Source: Planctomycetota bacterium
Lineage (GTDB): Bacteria; Planctomycetota; UBA1135; UBA2386
Reading direction: 5' to 3'
Assembly: GCA_965228735.1 (NCBI GenBank)
Contig: OZ245838.1
Coordinates: 5,248,001-5,312,000, forward strand
Length of the DNA: 64,000 nt
The position numbers and the translations under genes were made by a program. This document shows, piece after piece, positions 48,552 to 58,275 of this stretch. The notes under the pieces were generated by a model. It saw only the letters and a program-made list of their open reading frames with translations, did not search any database and had not been told where the DNA came from. Each line of letters begins with the position of its first letter. Positions within the stretch are counted from its first letter, which is position 1.

Positions 48552-49115
48552 ATGTCCGTTCCGCCCGCCGATCCGCCAGCCGGCCCACCCGCCGACCCGC
48601 TGCCGCTGCTCTACCGCGAACTGCGCGCGTTGGCCGCGCAGTATCTGCAGCGCTCCCCGGCCGGGGCCACGCTGCAGCCGACGGCGATCGTCAACGAGGC
48701 CTGGCTGCGGCTCCGGCACAACAACGGGCTCGACTGGAAGAGCCAGAGCCACTTCTTCGCGATCTCGGCGAACGCGATGCGGAACGTGCTCCTCGACCAC
48801 GCGCGGCGCAAACACGCGGACAAGCGCGGCGGCGGCGCCGCACGGGTCACGCTGTCGGCTGCGGAAAGTCCGAGCGAGTCTGGCCTGGCCGAGTCTGGGC
48901 TGGCCGAGCTCGATCTACTCGCGCTGTCCGAAGCGATGGACCGGCTCGCGGCGCTCGATGCGCGCCAGGCGCGGGTCGTCGAACTGCGGTTCTTCGCGGG
49001 CCTCGGCGTGCGCGAGATCGCCGAGCAGATCGGGGTGAGCGAGCGCACGGTGAAGAACGACTGGCGCATGGCCAAGGCGTGGCTGCGGGTCGAGCTCGCC
49101 GACGACGCCGACTGA
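48552..49115 (+). CDS. ECF sigma factor, planctomycete/kinase-associated type (ECF43-like)
   Basis: LYRELRALA, TLQPTAIVNEAWLRL, DHARRKHADKRGG, VVELRFFAGL and DWRMAKAWL. Confidence 0.93.
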   Translation: MSVPPADPPAGPPADPLPLLYRELRALAAQYLQRSPAGATLQPTAIVNEAWLRLRHNNGLDWKSQSHFFAISANAMRNVLLDHARRKHADKRGGGAARVTLSAAESPSESGLAESGLAELDLLALSEAMDRLAALDARQARVVELRFFAGLGVREIAEQIGVSERTVKNDWRMAKAWLRVELADDAD

Positions 49116-49121
49116 AGCGGG

Positions 49122-52100
49122 CTACTTCGCGAACCAGTCGCGCAGCCGAAGCGCCAGCGGCACCGTGTCCCACACGCGCACGGTCGAGTCACCCGACGCC
49201 GACACGAGTTGCGTGCCGTCCGGCGAGAACTCGACATCGTGCACGTAGCTCTCGTGGCCGGAGAGCTCGGCGACCTGGCGGCCGACCTCGAGGTCCCACA
49301 GATCGATCGTGCCGCCGTCGAGGCCGATCGCGAGGCGCGTGGCATCGGGTGAGATCGCGATCGAGTAGGCGCCGCTCGGGCCGTCCGCAAAACGCTGGAG
49401 CGCGCGAGCGCCGGCCAGGTCGGTCGGAACGTGCCAGACCTGGATCTCACCCGTGTCCAGACTCATCGCCAGCAGTCGTCGCGCGGGATGCCAGCCGGTT
49501 GCCCGCAGCGATGCCGGGAGCGGCAGCACGTGAAGCATCTCGTCGCCGGTGATGATGCATGCGCCGTCGCCGTGCTGCGCCACTCGTTGGCCGCTGCCGA
49601 TCATGACCTCGCTGAGGCTCGCGTGCCCCTTCGTCGTGACCATGGTCGCGCCGGCGTGCGCCTTCTCGTCCCAGATGCTGGCGCCGTCGTGCTGCTTCGA
49701 GGCGCCGGTCTCGGGCTGCCAGCGCCACGTGATGCTGCGAAGCGGGTGCAGCACGAGCACCGTGCCGTCCTCGGAGCACGACAGACCCGCGGGCCAGTTG
49801 CCGTGCCGCATCGTGTGCAGCAACCGGCCGCTCGCCGCGTCCCAGACGCGCACCGTGTGATCCCAGGCCGCGGTCGCGATCCTCCGACCGTCCGGGCTGA
49901 ACGTCGCGTGGTAGACGAACGTCTCGTGGCTCGTCGCGCCGCCGAGGATCCGGCCGCGACCGACCGACAGCGGCAGCGGTCGCACGCCGCGCGGCCCGGC
50001 ACCGAACCAGATGCCGAGGCGCGAGTCGAACGCCAATGACGTCTGGCCGCCGCCCGGATGCACCGCGATGACATTGTGGCGATCCCGATCGAACAGGCGG
50101 GTCGTGCCGATGTCGACTTCGGCCGACGAACTCGCGAGGCGCCGGGCCCTGCGATCGGTGGCGACCGCGATGATCGGGTCGCGGCCGCCGGCGAAATAGT
50201 CGAGCCGGTCGAACGACTCCGGGTCGCGGATCTCGAGCACGGCGATCGTGCTGTTCAGGAGCACGGGCTCACTGCTGGTCCACACCGGTTGGCACCACGG
50301 TCCGATGCCGTTGAGTCGGCGTTCTCGCAGCAGTGATCCCGTCTCGGCGTCGTAGACCGCGAAGTGCGCCGCACTCTGCGTCACGACCTGGGTGCCGTCC
50401 GGCGACCAGCCGGCGAACTTGTCGTTGCCGAGGGTGGTCCGCGGCCGATCTTCGCCGAGTCCGAAGAGCTCGATCGGCGCCTTGCCGCCCCAGCAGAGGA
50501 CTGCGTTGCCATCGGCGCGAAGCGTCGCGCGGCGGTCGGGGTGGCCCGTTGTCGGCAGATCGGCGACCGTTCTGCCGTCGCGCGTGAGCACCCGGAACAG
50601 CTGCCCGGTTGCCGAGTGCACGAGCACCGTTCCGGCGTCGTTCGAGACCTGGGGACGGCTCGGATCGGGCAGGCCCGTCGCTACGGCGGCCAATACGGCA
50701 TTGGTCGCCGCATCGCGTGCGATCACGCGATCTCCGTCGACGAGTGTCACGATCGCGCGCTCGGAATCCCCGTCGGCGACCGCTCGCACGGTCGCATCTC
50801 CGCTCCAGACCGTGCTGCGATCGAGCCACGCCTCCAGCAGTCGGTGCTCGAACCCGCGCAGTTCCTCGGGGGCCGCGTCCGCATACTGCCGCGCCCGATG
50901 CGGGTCGAGCGCGATCGTGCTGCTGCTCGCCGTGATCATCGCGCGGTAGGTGTCGTGCCGGCCGGCGACGCGCAGCTGTTCGGCGCGCGCGGCGTATACC
51001 AGCGTCGCGACCAGGCCGGCGATCAGCGACACCAGGATCGCGATTCCGGCGGTTACGGCCACGCGGTGACGGCGTGCGAACTTGCGGAGCTGGTACCACG
51101 TCGTCGGCGACCGTGCCTGGATCGGTTCGTCGTCGAGGTAACGCTGCAGATCCGCCGCGAGCTCGCCCGCGCTGCCGTAGCGCCGGCCCGGCTCCTTCGC
51201 GAGGCACTTGCCGACGATGATCTCGAGGTCGCCGGCGCAGTGCGGCGCGATCGCCGAGAGCGGCGGCGGGTCGTCCTGCTGCACCATGCGCAGCGCCTCG
51301 ACGAACGACTCGTTGTCGGGCGCGAGCGGCAGCGCGCCGCCGAGCACCTCGTAGAGCACGACGCCGAGCGAGTAGACGTCGCTGCGAATGTCGATCGCGG
51401 CGCTGCCGCCGATCTGCTCGGGCGACATGTAGGCGAGCGTGCCGACGATCTGCCCGGTCATCGTCATCTGCTCGCGACTCACGTCGTCGGCGACGCGCGC
51501 GATGCCGAAGTCGAGGACCTTGGGCTGCCCGCCGGTGACGAGCACGTTCGCCGGTTTGAGGTCGCGATGGATCACGCCGTGGCGGTGCGCGTGCTCGACG
51601 GCGTCGCAGATCTCGAGCACCATCCGAAGCCGCGCGCGGAGGTCGAGTGATCGCACGGCCGCCAGCAGCGGGACGCCGTCGACGAACTCCATCGCGAGGA
51701 ACGGGATCGACTCGCCGAGCGCCGTCGCCGTGCCGAACTCGATCACCTGCGCGATGCCGCGATGCTGCAATCGGCCGAGCACGTCGGCTTCGTGCTCGAA
51801 GCGCCGGCGGTTGCGTTCGGACGCGACGCCGACGCGTAGCACCTTGACCGCGACCTGGCGCCGCGGGCTCTCCTGCTCGGCGCGGTAGACGCGACCCATG
51901 CCGCCCTCGCCGATCAGCGACAGGATCCGGAACGAGCCGATGCACTCGGGAATCGTCTCGGGCTCGAGGCCGTCGTCGCCCGGCAGGTCCTGGGCGAGCA
52001 GGCGGTCGACGGCGCGCCGCAGCTCACCGTCGTCGCCGCACTCCGTCGCCAGGTAGGCTTCGCGCTCCTGGCCTTGCAGATCGCAGGCGCCGAGGAAGAT

Positions 52101-52127
52101 CGCGCTGAGTCGGGCGTGGTCGGGCAC
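49122..52127 (-). CDS. Hanks-type Ser/Thr protein kinase with TM segment and WD40 repeats
   Basis: IGEGGMGRVY, VAVKVL, HRDLKPAN, DFG and GTLAYMSPEQ, then a TM helix and WD40 repeats. Start is GTG 52127 (ORF track uses 52163). Confidence 0.95.
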   Translation of the reverse strand: MPDHARLSAIFLGACDLQGQEREAYLATECGDDGELRRAVDRLLAQDLPGDDGLEPETIPECIGSFRILSLIGEGGMGRVYRAEQESPRRQVAVKVLRVGVASERNRRRFEHEADVLGRLQHRGIAQVIEFGTATALGESIPFLAMEFVDGVPLLAAVRSLDLRARLRMVLEICDAVEHAHRHGVIHRDLKPANVLVTGGQPKVLDFGIARVADDVSREQMTMTGQIVGTLAYMSPEQIGGSAAIDIRSDVYSLGVVLYEVLGGALPLAPDNESFVEALRMVQQDDPPPLSAIAPHCAGDLEIIVGKCLAKEPGRRYGSAGELAADLQRYLDDEPIQARSPTTWYQLRKFARRHRVAVTAGIAILVSLIAGLVATLVYAARAEQLRVAGRHDTYRAMITASSSTIALDPHRARQYADAAPEELRGFEHRLLEAWLDRSTVWSGDATVRAVADGDSERAIVTLVDGDRVIARDAATNAVLAAVATGLPDPSRPQVSNDAGTVLVHSATGQLFRVLTRDGRTVADLPTTGHPDRRATLRADGNAVLCWGGKAPIELFGLGEDRPRTTLGNDKFAGWSPDGTQVVTQSAAHFAVYDAETGSLLRERRLNGIGPWCQPVWTSSEPVLLNSTIAVLEIRDPESFDRLDYFAGGRDPIIAVATDRRARRLASSSAEVDIGTTRLFDRDRHNVIAVHPGGGQTSLAFDSRLGIWFGAGPRGVRPLPLSVGRGRILGGATSHETFVYHATFSPDGRRIATAAWDHTVRVWDAASGRLLHTMRHGNWPAGLSCSEDGTVLVLHPLRSITWRWQPETGASKQHDGASIWDEKAHAGATMVTTKGHASLSEVMIGSGQRVAQHGDGACIITGDEMLHVLPLPASLRATGWHPARRLLAMSLDTGEIQVWHVPTDLAGARALQRFADGPSGAYSIAISPDATRLAIGLDGGTIDLWDLEVGRQVAELSGHESYVHDVEFSPDGTQLVSASGDSTVRVWDTVPLALRLRDWFAK

Positions 52128-52235
52128 GCCAGTCAGAGTGCGCCGTAAGTCGAGTTCTGACAAGTTCCCCGGAGCAGCGCGCCGAAATCGGCGGACGCCG
52201 TTGCCCCGTTCGTCGCCGGAACGCGAGGAGGAGGC

Positions 52236-55200
52236 ATGAGCCCGCGACTCTCGTCCCTGTTCCTCCTGACCGCAGCACTCTCAGCCCAGCAGCCGTGCGA
52301 GCTCGTCCATGACGCCAACCAGACCGGCTTCGAGCGCTCGGGCTCACCGCGCGCAGACAACGCGGACGCCGATGCCAACGAGTTCGTGCGCTGCGGCAAC
52401 CACTGGTACTTCGTCGCCCAGACGTTCGACGCGGGCTACGAGGTCTGGCGGACCGACGGCACGACCGCCGGCACCCACCTGGTGCGCGATGTCATCCCGG
52501 GTCGGGACAGCAGCTTCCCGCTGTCGCTGATCTGCTTCCAGGGCGCGGTCTACTTCAAGGTCGGAGGAGGCGCGGCCTACAACGGTGTCTGGCGCAGTGA
52601 TGGCACCGCCGCAGGGACGACGCGGATCTTCGCGGGTGTCGCCAGCGAGCTCGGCGTATGGGGTTCGAGCCTCGTGTTCACGGCCTTCGTCTCGAGCACC
52701 GGTCAGAGCTCGCTCTACCTGAGTGACGGCACGGCCGCGGGCACGACGGCGGTGACGTCGGGAGTCCATGCCGGTGCGGACTACGTGCCGCTGCCTGCGA
52801 GCAACGTGCTCATGTTCGTCGCGCAGAACGGCACGCAGGGCGACGAACTCTGGCGCACCGACGGCACCGCGGCCGGCACGTTTCAGGTGAAGGACATCCG
52901 GCCTGGAGCGTTTGGCAGTGACATCCATCAACTCACGCCGGTCGGCAACCGGCTCGTGTTCTCGGCGCGGGTCAGCACGACCAACGGCACCGATCTGTGG
53001 GTCACCGACGGCACGACGGCCGGCACGACGCTTCTCAAGGACGTCGCCCCGGCATCGCCGTTCGGCGCGATCTACGACCTGCGCGACAGCCACGGGCACG
53101 TCACGATGCTCGGGGGCGATCTGCTGTTCAGCGCCCGGGGCCACCTCAGCACGAACTTCTGGCGCACGGACGGCACGCCCGCCGGCACCGTGCAGTTGCC
53201 GATCCCGGTGGGGTTGCTCCTCACCGAGTTCGTGATGAGTGGTTCCGTGCTCTACTACACCGGGCAGACGGTTGCGGCCGGCGAGGAGCTGTGGCGGTGG
53301 GACGGGACGAATGCGAGTCTCGTGCGCGATCTCCACGCTGGCGCGGCGGACAGTTCGCCCGCAGATCTGACGCTCATGCCGAACGGCGAGCTGCTGTTCA
53401 CGGCCGAAGTCGCGAGCACCGGGCGCGAGCTCTACCGCACCGACGGCACCTTCGCCGGGACCTACCGCGTGCGCGACATCCAGGCCGGTCCCGAGAGCGG
53501 TAGCCCGCGCGTCCTCACGGCGCTCGGGAGCGGGTCGCTCGCGATCTTCTCCGCCAAGGATCCCGAACGCGGCCACGGCGGCGAAGAACTCTGGATCACG
53601 GACGGCACGGGAGCGGGGACCGACCTGCTCGCGGATATCAACCCGGGCTGGGAGACGGAAGACGCCTACGGGGCGCCGCGCTGGAGCAGCGCGTCGGGCA
53701 AGCTCTACTTCCTGGCGACGACAGCCAACGAAGGTCGCGAGGTCTGGGTGACCGACGGCACGGCGGCAGGCACGCGACTGATCGGGGACATCAAACCCGG
53801 CACGGCGTCGAGTCAGGCCAGTCAGTTCGGCGACGTCTTCGACGGCACGTCGGTCCAGACCCTGTTTCTCGCCGACGACGGCACCCACGGCAAGGAACCG
53901 TGGATCACCGACGGCACGCCGGCCGGAACGCGTCTGCTGCGCGACATCAACCCGACCGGCAACAGCAACGCGTCGAGGTTCGTGATGTTCGGTGGTCGGA
54001 CGTGGTTCACGGCGACGACGGCCTCCCACGGCCAGGAACTCTGGGTCACGGACGGCACGATGGCCGGCACGCAGCAGTTCCTGGACGTGCGGCCGGGCAG
54101 TGCCGGCTCGGCGCCGCTGCCCGCGTGCGTTCTCGGCGGCAAGCTGTTCTTCGTCGCCGACGACGGCGTGCACGGTCGCGAGCTCTGGTGCACGGACGGC
54201 ACGGTCGCCGGCACGATGATGCTGCGTGACATTGGCGGCGCGTCCGCCGCAGCGCCGGGCGGGGTGACGCCACTCGGTGGCATCGTGCTGTTCTACGCGG
54301 AAGGCCCCGAGGGCGGTGAGCTGTGGCGTTCGGATGGCACGCCGGGCGGGACCGTCCTCGTTACCGACCTCGTGCCCGGCAGCGGCAGCAGCTGGCCGAA
54401 CTACTTCACGGAGCTCGACGGCGAGGTGATCTTCTCGGCCAGCGGCGCCGCCTACGGCATCTGGAAGACCGACGGCACCGCGGCCGGAACGGTGCCGCTG
54501 CTGTCGGGTTTGAACGGCAACAAACTCACCGCGGGTGGTGGCCTCGTCTTCTTCACCGCCAGCCAGACCGGGCCGACGACGGGCCACGAACTCTGGGCCA
54601 CCGACGGCACGGCTGCCGGCACGGGTCTCGTTGCCGACATCCAGCCGGGGTCCGTCGGGTCCGATCCGGACTTCCTCACGCCGGGGGGTGGTGGCGTCTA
54701 CTTCCGCGCCGACGACGGCGTGCACGGCAAGGAGGTGTGGTTCAGCGACGGGACGGCGGCTGGCACGACCCTCGTCCATGACCTCGACCCGGACGATCAC
54801 ATCTATCACGCGTTCCCGATCCTGGCGCACGACGGCGGGATCTACTTCCCGGGCTACGAGCCGCTGCACGGCTCCGAACTGCGCGTCATTCGCGATGTCG
54901 CGACCGTTTCCGAGCTCGGCCCCGGCTGCGGTGTGGCGCCGCCGACGTTGCGCTCGACGACGCCGCAGCTCGGCGTGGGCGCGGTGTTGTCCGGCACGTC
55001 GCCGACCGCCAACGTCTCGGCGCTCGTCGTTGGTATCGGTCGAGGACAGCCGTTCACGCTCGCACCGATCCTGCCGGCCGACTGCGTGGCATGGATCGGA
55101 CTCACGCAACCGAGCGCGACCGTCCTGGTGTTCGGTTCGCAGTGGTCCTACCAGCTCGCGATCCCGGCCTCGACGACGTTTGCCGGCGTCCGCTTCGTCG

Positions 55201-55268
55201 CCCAGGTCGTGCATGCCTCGACTCCGCTCGCGCTGAGCCGCGCGTTGCAGTTGCGGGTGGGCAACTAA
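52236..55268 (+). CDS. Secreted ELWxxDGT-repeat protein
   Basis: GAGGAGG RBS, signal peptide, about 17 ELWxxDGT-type repeats and a distinct C-terminal domain of about 120 aa. Confidence 0.92.
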   Translation: MSPRLSSLFLLTAALSAQQPCELVHDANQTGFERSGSPRADNADADANEFVRCGNHWYFVAQTFDAGYEVWRTDGTTAGTHLVRDVIPGRDSSFPLSLICFQGAVYFKVGGGAAYNGVWRSDGTAAGTTRIFAGVASELGVWGSSLVFTAFVSSTGQSSLYLSDGTAAGTTAVTSGVHAGADYVPLPASNVLMFVAQNGTQGDELWRTDGTAAGTFQVKDIRPGAFGSDIHQLTPVGNRLVFSARVSTTNGTDLWVTDGTTAGTTLLKDVAPASPFGAIYDLRDSHGHVTMLGGDLLFSARGHLSTNFWRTDGTPAGTVQLPIPVGLLLTEFVMSGSVLYYTGQTVAAGEELWRWDGTNASLVRDLHAGAADSSPADLTLMPNGELLFTAEVASTGRELYRTDGTFAGTYRVRDIQAGPESGSPRVLTALGSGSLAIFSAKDPERGHGGEELWITDGTGAGTDLLADINPGWETEDAYGAPRWSSASGKLYFLATTANEGREVWVTDGTAAGTRLIGDIKPGTASSQASQFGDVFDGTSVQTLFLADDGTHGKEPWITDGTPAGTRLLRDINPTGNSNASRFVMFGGRTWFTATTASHGQELWVTDGTMAGTQQFLDVRPGSAGSAPLPACVLGGKLFFVADDGVHGRELWCTDGTVAGTMMLRDIGGASAAAPGGVTPLGGIVLFYAEGPEGGELWRSDGTPGGTVLVTDLVPGSGSSWPNYFTELDGEVIFSASGAAYGIWKTDGTAAGTVPLLSGLNGNKLTAGGGLVFFTASQTGPTTGHELWATDGTAAGTGLVADIQPGSVGSDPDFLTPGGGGVYFRADDGVHGKEVWFSDGTAAGTTLVHDLDPDDHIYHAFPILAHDGGIYFPGYEPLHGSELRVIRDVATVSELGPGCGVAPPTLRSTTPQLGVGAVLSGTSPTANVSALVVGIGRGQPFTLAPILPADCVAWIGLTQPSATVLVFGSQWSYQLAIPASTTFAGVRFVAQVVHASTPLALSRALQLRVGN

Positions 55269-55331
55269 CCTGTAACGGGCGAGCGGCGGTTCGGCGCCAG
55301 GTGGGCGGGCCGAGTATCGTCGTGGCGCCCG

Positions 55332-58268
55332 ATGAACCGGATCTTCCTCGTTGTCGTTGTCGTCGCGGCCGTCGTGGCCGCGGTGCTCTGGTCGCGCGCG
55401 GACGACGGTCTGCGCCCCGAGCCGGTCGAGCCCGGTACCGCTTCGGCCGTGATCGATGGCGAGGCGGCGTCCGTCACGACGGCCGCCGTCGATGTCGAGT
55501 CGCCAGTCGAGGAGAACGACGCTGACACCGAGTCGTTCTTGCGCGCCGCGGCGGGCGAGACCGAAGTCGAAGCGGAGGGGCGTCCGCTCGTCGTGCAGGT
55601 CTGGCTACAGCAGAAGGGCGTGCCCGCGTCCGGCGCCGAGGTGTTCGTCGTCGAAGGCTCGGACGAGACCAAGGAGCGCAGCGAGAACCCGTTCGCCGGG
55701 CACATCAGCGCGCTCGCCGAGACCGAGGGCCAGCGGTTCGAGGCCGATGAGCAGGGCCGCGTCGAGCTGCCGCCCGTGCGCGAGTGGGCGATCCTCGCGG
55801 CGCGCACGCCGGGCACGTTCGGCAGCGAGGTCATCGGCCGCAAGCACCCCGCGGTCGTCACGATCACGCTGCAGGCCGACGAGACCGTTACGGTGCGGGT
55901 TGTCGACGCCGAGGGCGCGGGCGTCCCGGACGTCCCGGTCGGCATCGTGCAGCATGCGCCGCGACGCGCCGGGCGGGAGCGGGCGATGCGGAACCTCGCC
56001 AATCTCGAGCGTGGCATGAAGGACCTTTGGGAGTGGATGCAGCAGAACCCGCAGCAGGCCGAGCGCGGCCGGCAGAAGCTCCAGGCAATGAAGGCGGAGT
56101 ACGGGCGGGTCCAGGCCCGACTCGACGGCAAGGGCAAGAAGGTGGACGGCGGCGAGAAGTGGCGCGCCGCCATCGCAGCACGCAAGGCGCGCGTGCAGGC
56201 GAGTCAGGAACTGCTGGAAACGCGACCCGAGCTGCGCGCGCGCCGGCGCACCGACGACCGCGGGTTCGCGGTCATCCGGCACTTCCAGATCTATCGCAAC
56301 GACGGTGACGAGTTCTGGCCCGAGGCGCAACGCGATTGCTTCGAAGCCGTGTTGCTCATGCCGCTAGCGCGGCCCGAGTCGCGACCGTTCGCGGGGCGTC
56401 CCGTGCCCGAGGAGGTCCTCGAGTTGCGGATGCCGGCGACCGGCAGCCTCGCGCTGCGCACGGTCGACCGCGACGGGCGGCCGTTCTCGCATCCGGTGCA
56501 CGCCGAGTTGCGCATCGACGCGGAGAACGCGGTGCGCTGGTCGCAGCTCGGTGCGCGGAAGGAGCAGAACGAAGCGGCGATCGTCTTCCCGTTCGTCGGG
56601 CTCGATCTGCTGTTCCGCGCGAGCTGTCGCCTCGACGACGACGACTTCCGCTGGCAGACGCCGCAGTTTGCCGGGCCGAAGGTCGCGGGCGAGCGCGTCG
56701 AGGTCGACCTCGTCGTCGCGCCCGACGCGGGCATGCTGTTCGGTCGGCTCCTCGACGCGGCCGGCGAGCCGCTGCGCGACGAAGAGGTCACCTTCCTGAT
56801 CAACAGCGTCGCCGGGCGCATCGAGGGCGAAGAGGTGCGGCTCGACGACGACGGTCGGTTCCACCTGCCGTACGAGGTGCAGGGGCCGCACCGGCCGCCT
56901 TTCCGCCTGCAGATCCGGCGGCCGGGCGTCGTGCCGGTCGCTGGGCGTGCGTTGCCCCTGGCCCAGCTGCCGACCGCGCACGTCACCGACCTGGGCGACG
57001 TGCAGATCGGCAACTTCGCGGTCGTGGCGCACGGCACGGTCGTCGACGACGCGGGCGCGCCGATCCCGGGGGCGCACGTGCAGCTCGAACGTGAACGGGT
57101 GGTCGATAGCGAGAGCGGTCGGACTGATTTCCGAGCGGAGGAGTTCTGCAGCGTGCGCACCGGCGCCGACGGCCGCTTCGAGCTGTTCGGCGACCTCGAG
57201 CGCGGACGCTACCACCTGCGGATCGATGCCGAGGACCACTTCCATGTCGAGACGCCGGACCTGCGACGTGACGGCGGCCCGACGCTCGTCGAGATGGAGC
57301 GCAAGGCGCGCGTGCTCGGCACCGTGCTCGCGCCCGAGTGGATGCGACGCGAACGCGTGCACGTCGACCTCGTGCCGAAGAACGTGCCGAATGCGCGACC
57401 CGGCGAGGCCAAGCCCCGCAACGACCGGCTGCACGACCACAAGGGCCGGACCTACGCCTACTTCGATTGGGTGCGGCCCGGCACCTACGACCTCGCGTTC
57501 CGGCTGCAGGGCTACCCCGATCCGTTCTTGCGGATCGACCACCTCGTGCTCTTGCCGGGGCAGCACGGGCTGCACCCGCGGCTCTGCGATCTCGATCTCG
57601 GGGCCTACATCTTCCGCTTCGAGATCCACCCCGTGGACGAGAACGGCCAGCCGGTCGAGGTCGATCGGCCGCAGCTGACGCGCGTGACCCGCAGCGACGG
57701 CCGGCAGCAGTGGATCGGCCTCGTGATGAAGGGCCGCGTCGGCGAAGTGTTCAGCACGACGCAGCAACTCGAAGTCCTGCCGATGGCGACCGGCTACGTC
57801 GCCGACCGGCAGGTCCTGGCACCGGGACGTTCCGAAGTCGTCTACCGCCGCGTGCCGCCGGTCGAACTCACGTTCGCCGGGCTCGCGGCACTGAGCGCCG
57901 ACGTCGAGGTTCAGGTACTGCTCGAACGCCTCGAGCTCGACGGGCGCCCGCAGGAGCTCGAGTCCTTCGATGGCATGAGCAAGCGCATCGCGAACTGGTA
58001 TGCCCGCGCCCGCTTCACCTCAGCCACGCTCGGCGTCGACGACCAGGCCAGCATTGCGGTGACCGCCGGCGGCCCGCACCGCGTCCTCCTGCGCTTCGGC
58101 GTGGGGCAGAAGATCCGCCCGCCGACGGTCGAGCTCGACGCGGTCGAGGTCGAGGTCACGCCGGGCGGCAGCTCACCGCGGATCGCGGTCCCGTTCGACC
58201 TGCCGGTCGTGCAGCAGGCGATCGCCGATGCGCGTCAACGGCTGGCGCAGCGGCAGAACGGGCGTTGA
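55332..58268 (+). CDS. Large membrane-anchored protein with carboxypeptidase-regulatory-like beta-sandwich repeats
   Basis: N-terminal TM, then repeats such as GTVVDDAGAPIPGAHV, TGADGRFEL and GRLLDAAGEPL. Confidence 0.8.
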   Translation: MNRIFLVVVVVAAVVAAVLWSRADDGLRPEPVEPGTASAVIDGEAASVTTAAVDVESPVEENDADTESFLRAAAGETEVEAEGRPLVVQVWLQQKGVPASGAEVFVVEGSDETKERSENPFAGHISALAETEGQRFEADEQGRVELPPVREWAILAARTPGTFGSEVIGRKHPAVVTITLQADETVTVRVVDAEGAGVPDVPVGIVQHAPRRAGRERAMRNLANLERGMKDLWEWMQQNPQQAERGRQKLQAMKAEYGRVQARLDGKGKKVDGGEKWRAAIAARKARVQASQELLETRPELRARRRTDDRGFAVIRHFQIYRNDGDEFWPEAQRDCFEAVLLMPLARPESRPFAGRPVPEEVLELRMPATGSLALRTVDRDGRPFSHPVHAELRIDAENAVRWSQLGARKEQNEAAIVFPFVGLDLLFRASCRLDDDDFRWQTPQFAGPKVAGERVEVDLVVAPDAGMLFGRLLDAAGEPLRDEEVTFLINSVAGRIEGEEVRLDDDGRFHLPYEVQGPHRPPFRLQIRRPGVVPVAGRALPLAQLPTAHVTDLGDVQIGNFAVVAHGTVVDDAGAPIPGAHVQLERERVVDSESGRTDFRAEEFCSVRTGADGRFELFGDLERGRYHLRIDAEDHFHVETPDLRRDGGPTLVEMERKARVLGTVLAPEWMRRERVHVDLVPKNVPNARPGEAKPRNDRLHDHKGRTYAYFDWVRPGTYDLAFRLQGYPDPFLRIDHLVLLPGQHGLHPRLCDLDLGAYIFRFEIHPVDENGQPVEVDRPQLTRVTRSDGRQQWIGLVMKGRVGEVFSTTQQLEVLPMATGYVADRQVLAPGRSEVVYRRVPPVELTFAGLAALSADVEVQVLLERLELDGRPQELESFDGMSKRIANWYARARFTSATLGVDDQASIAVTAGGPHRVLLRFGVGQKIRPPTVELDAVEVEVTPGGSSPRIAVPFDLPVVQQAIADARQRLAQRQNGR

Positions 58269-58275
58269 GGTCGAG

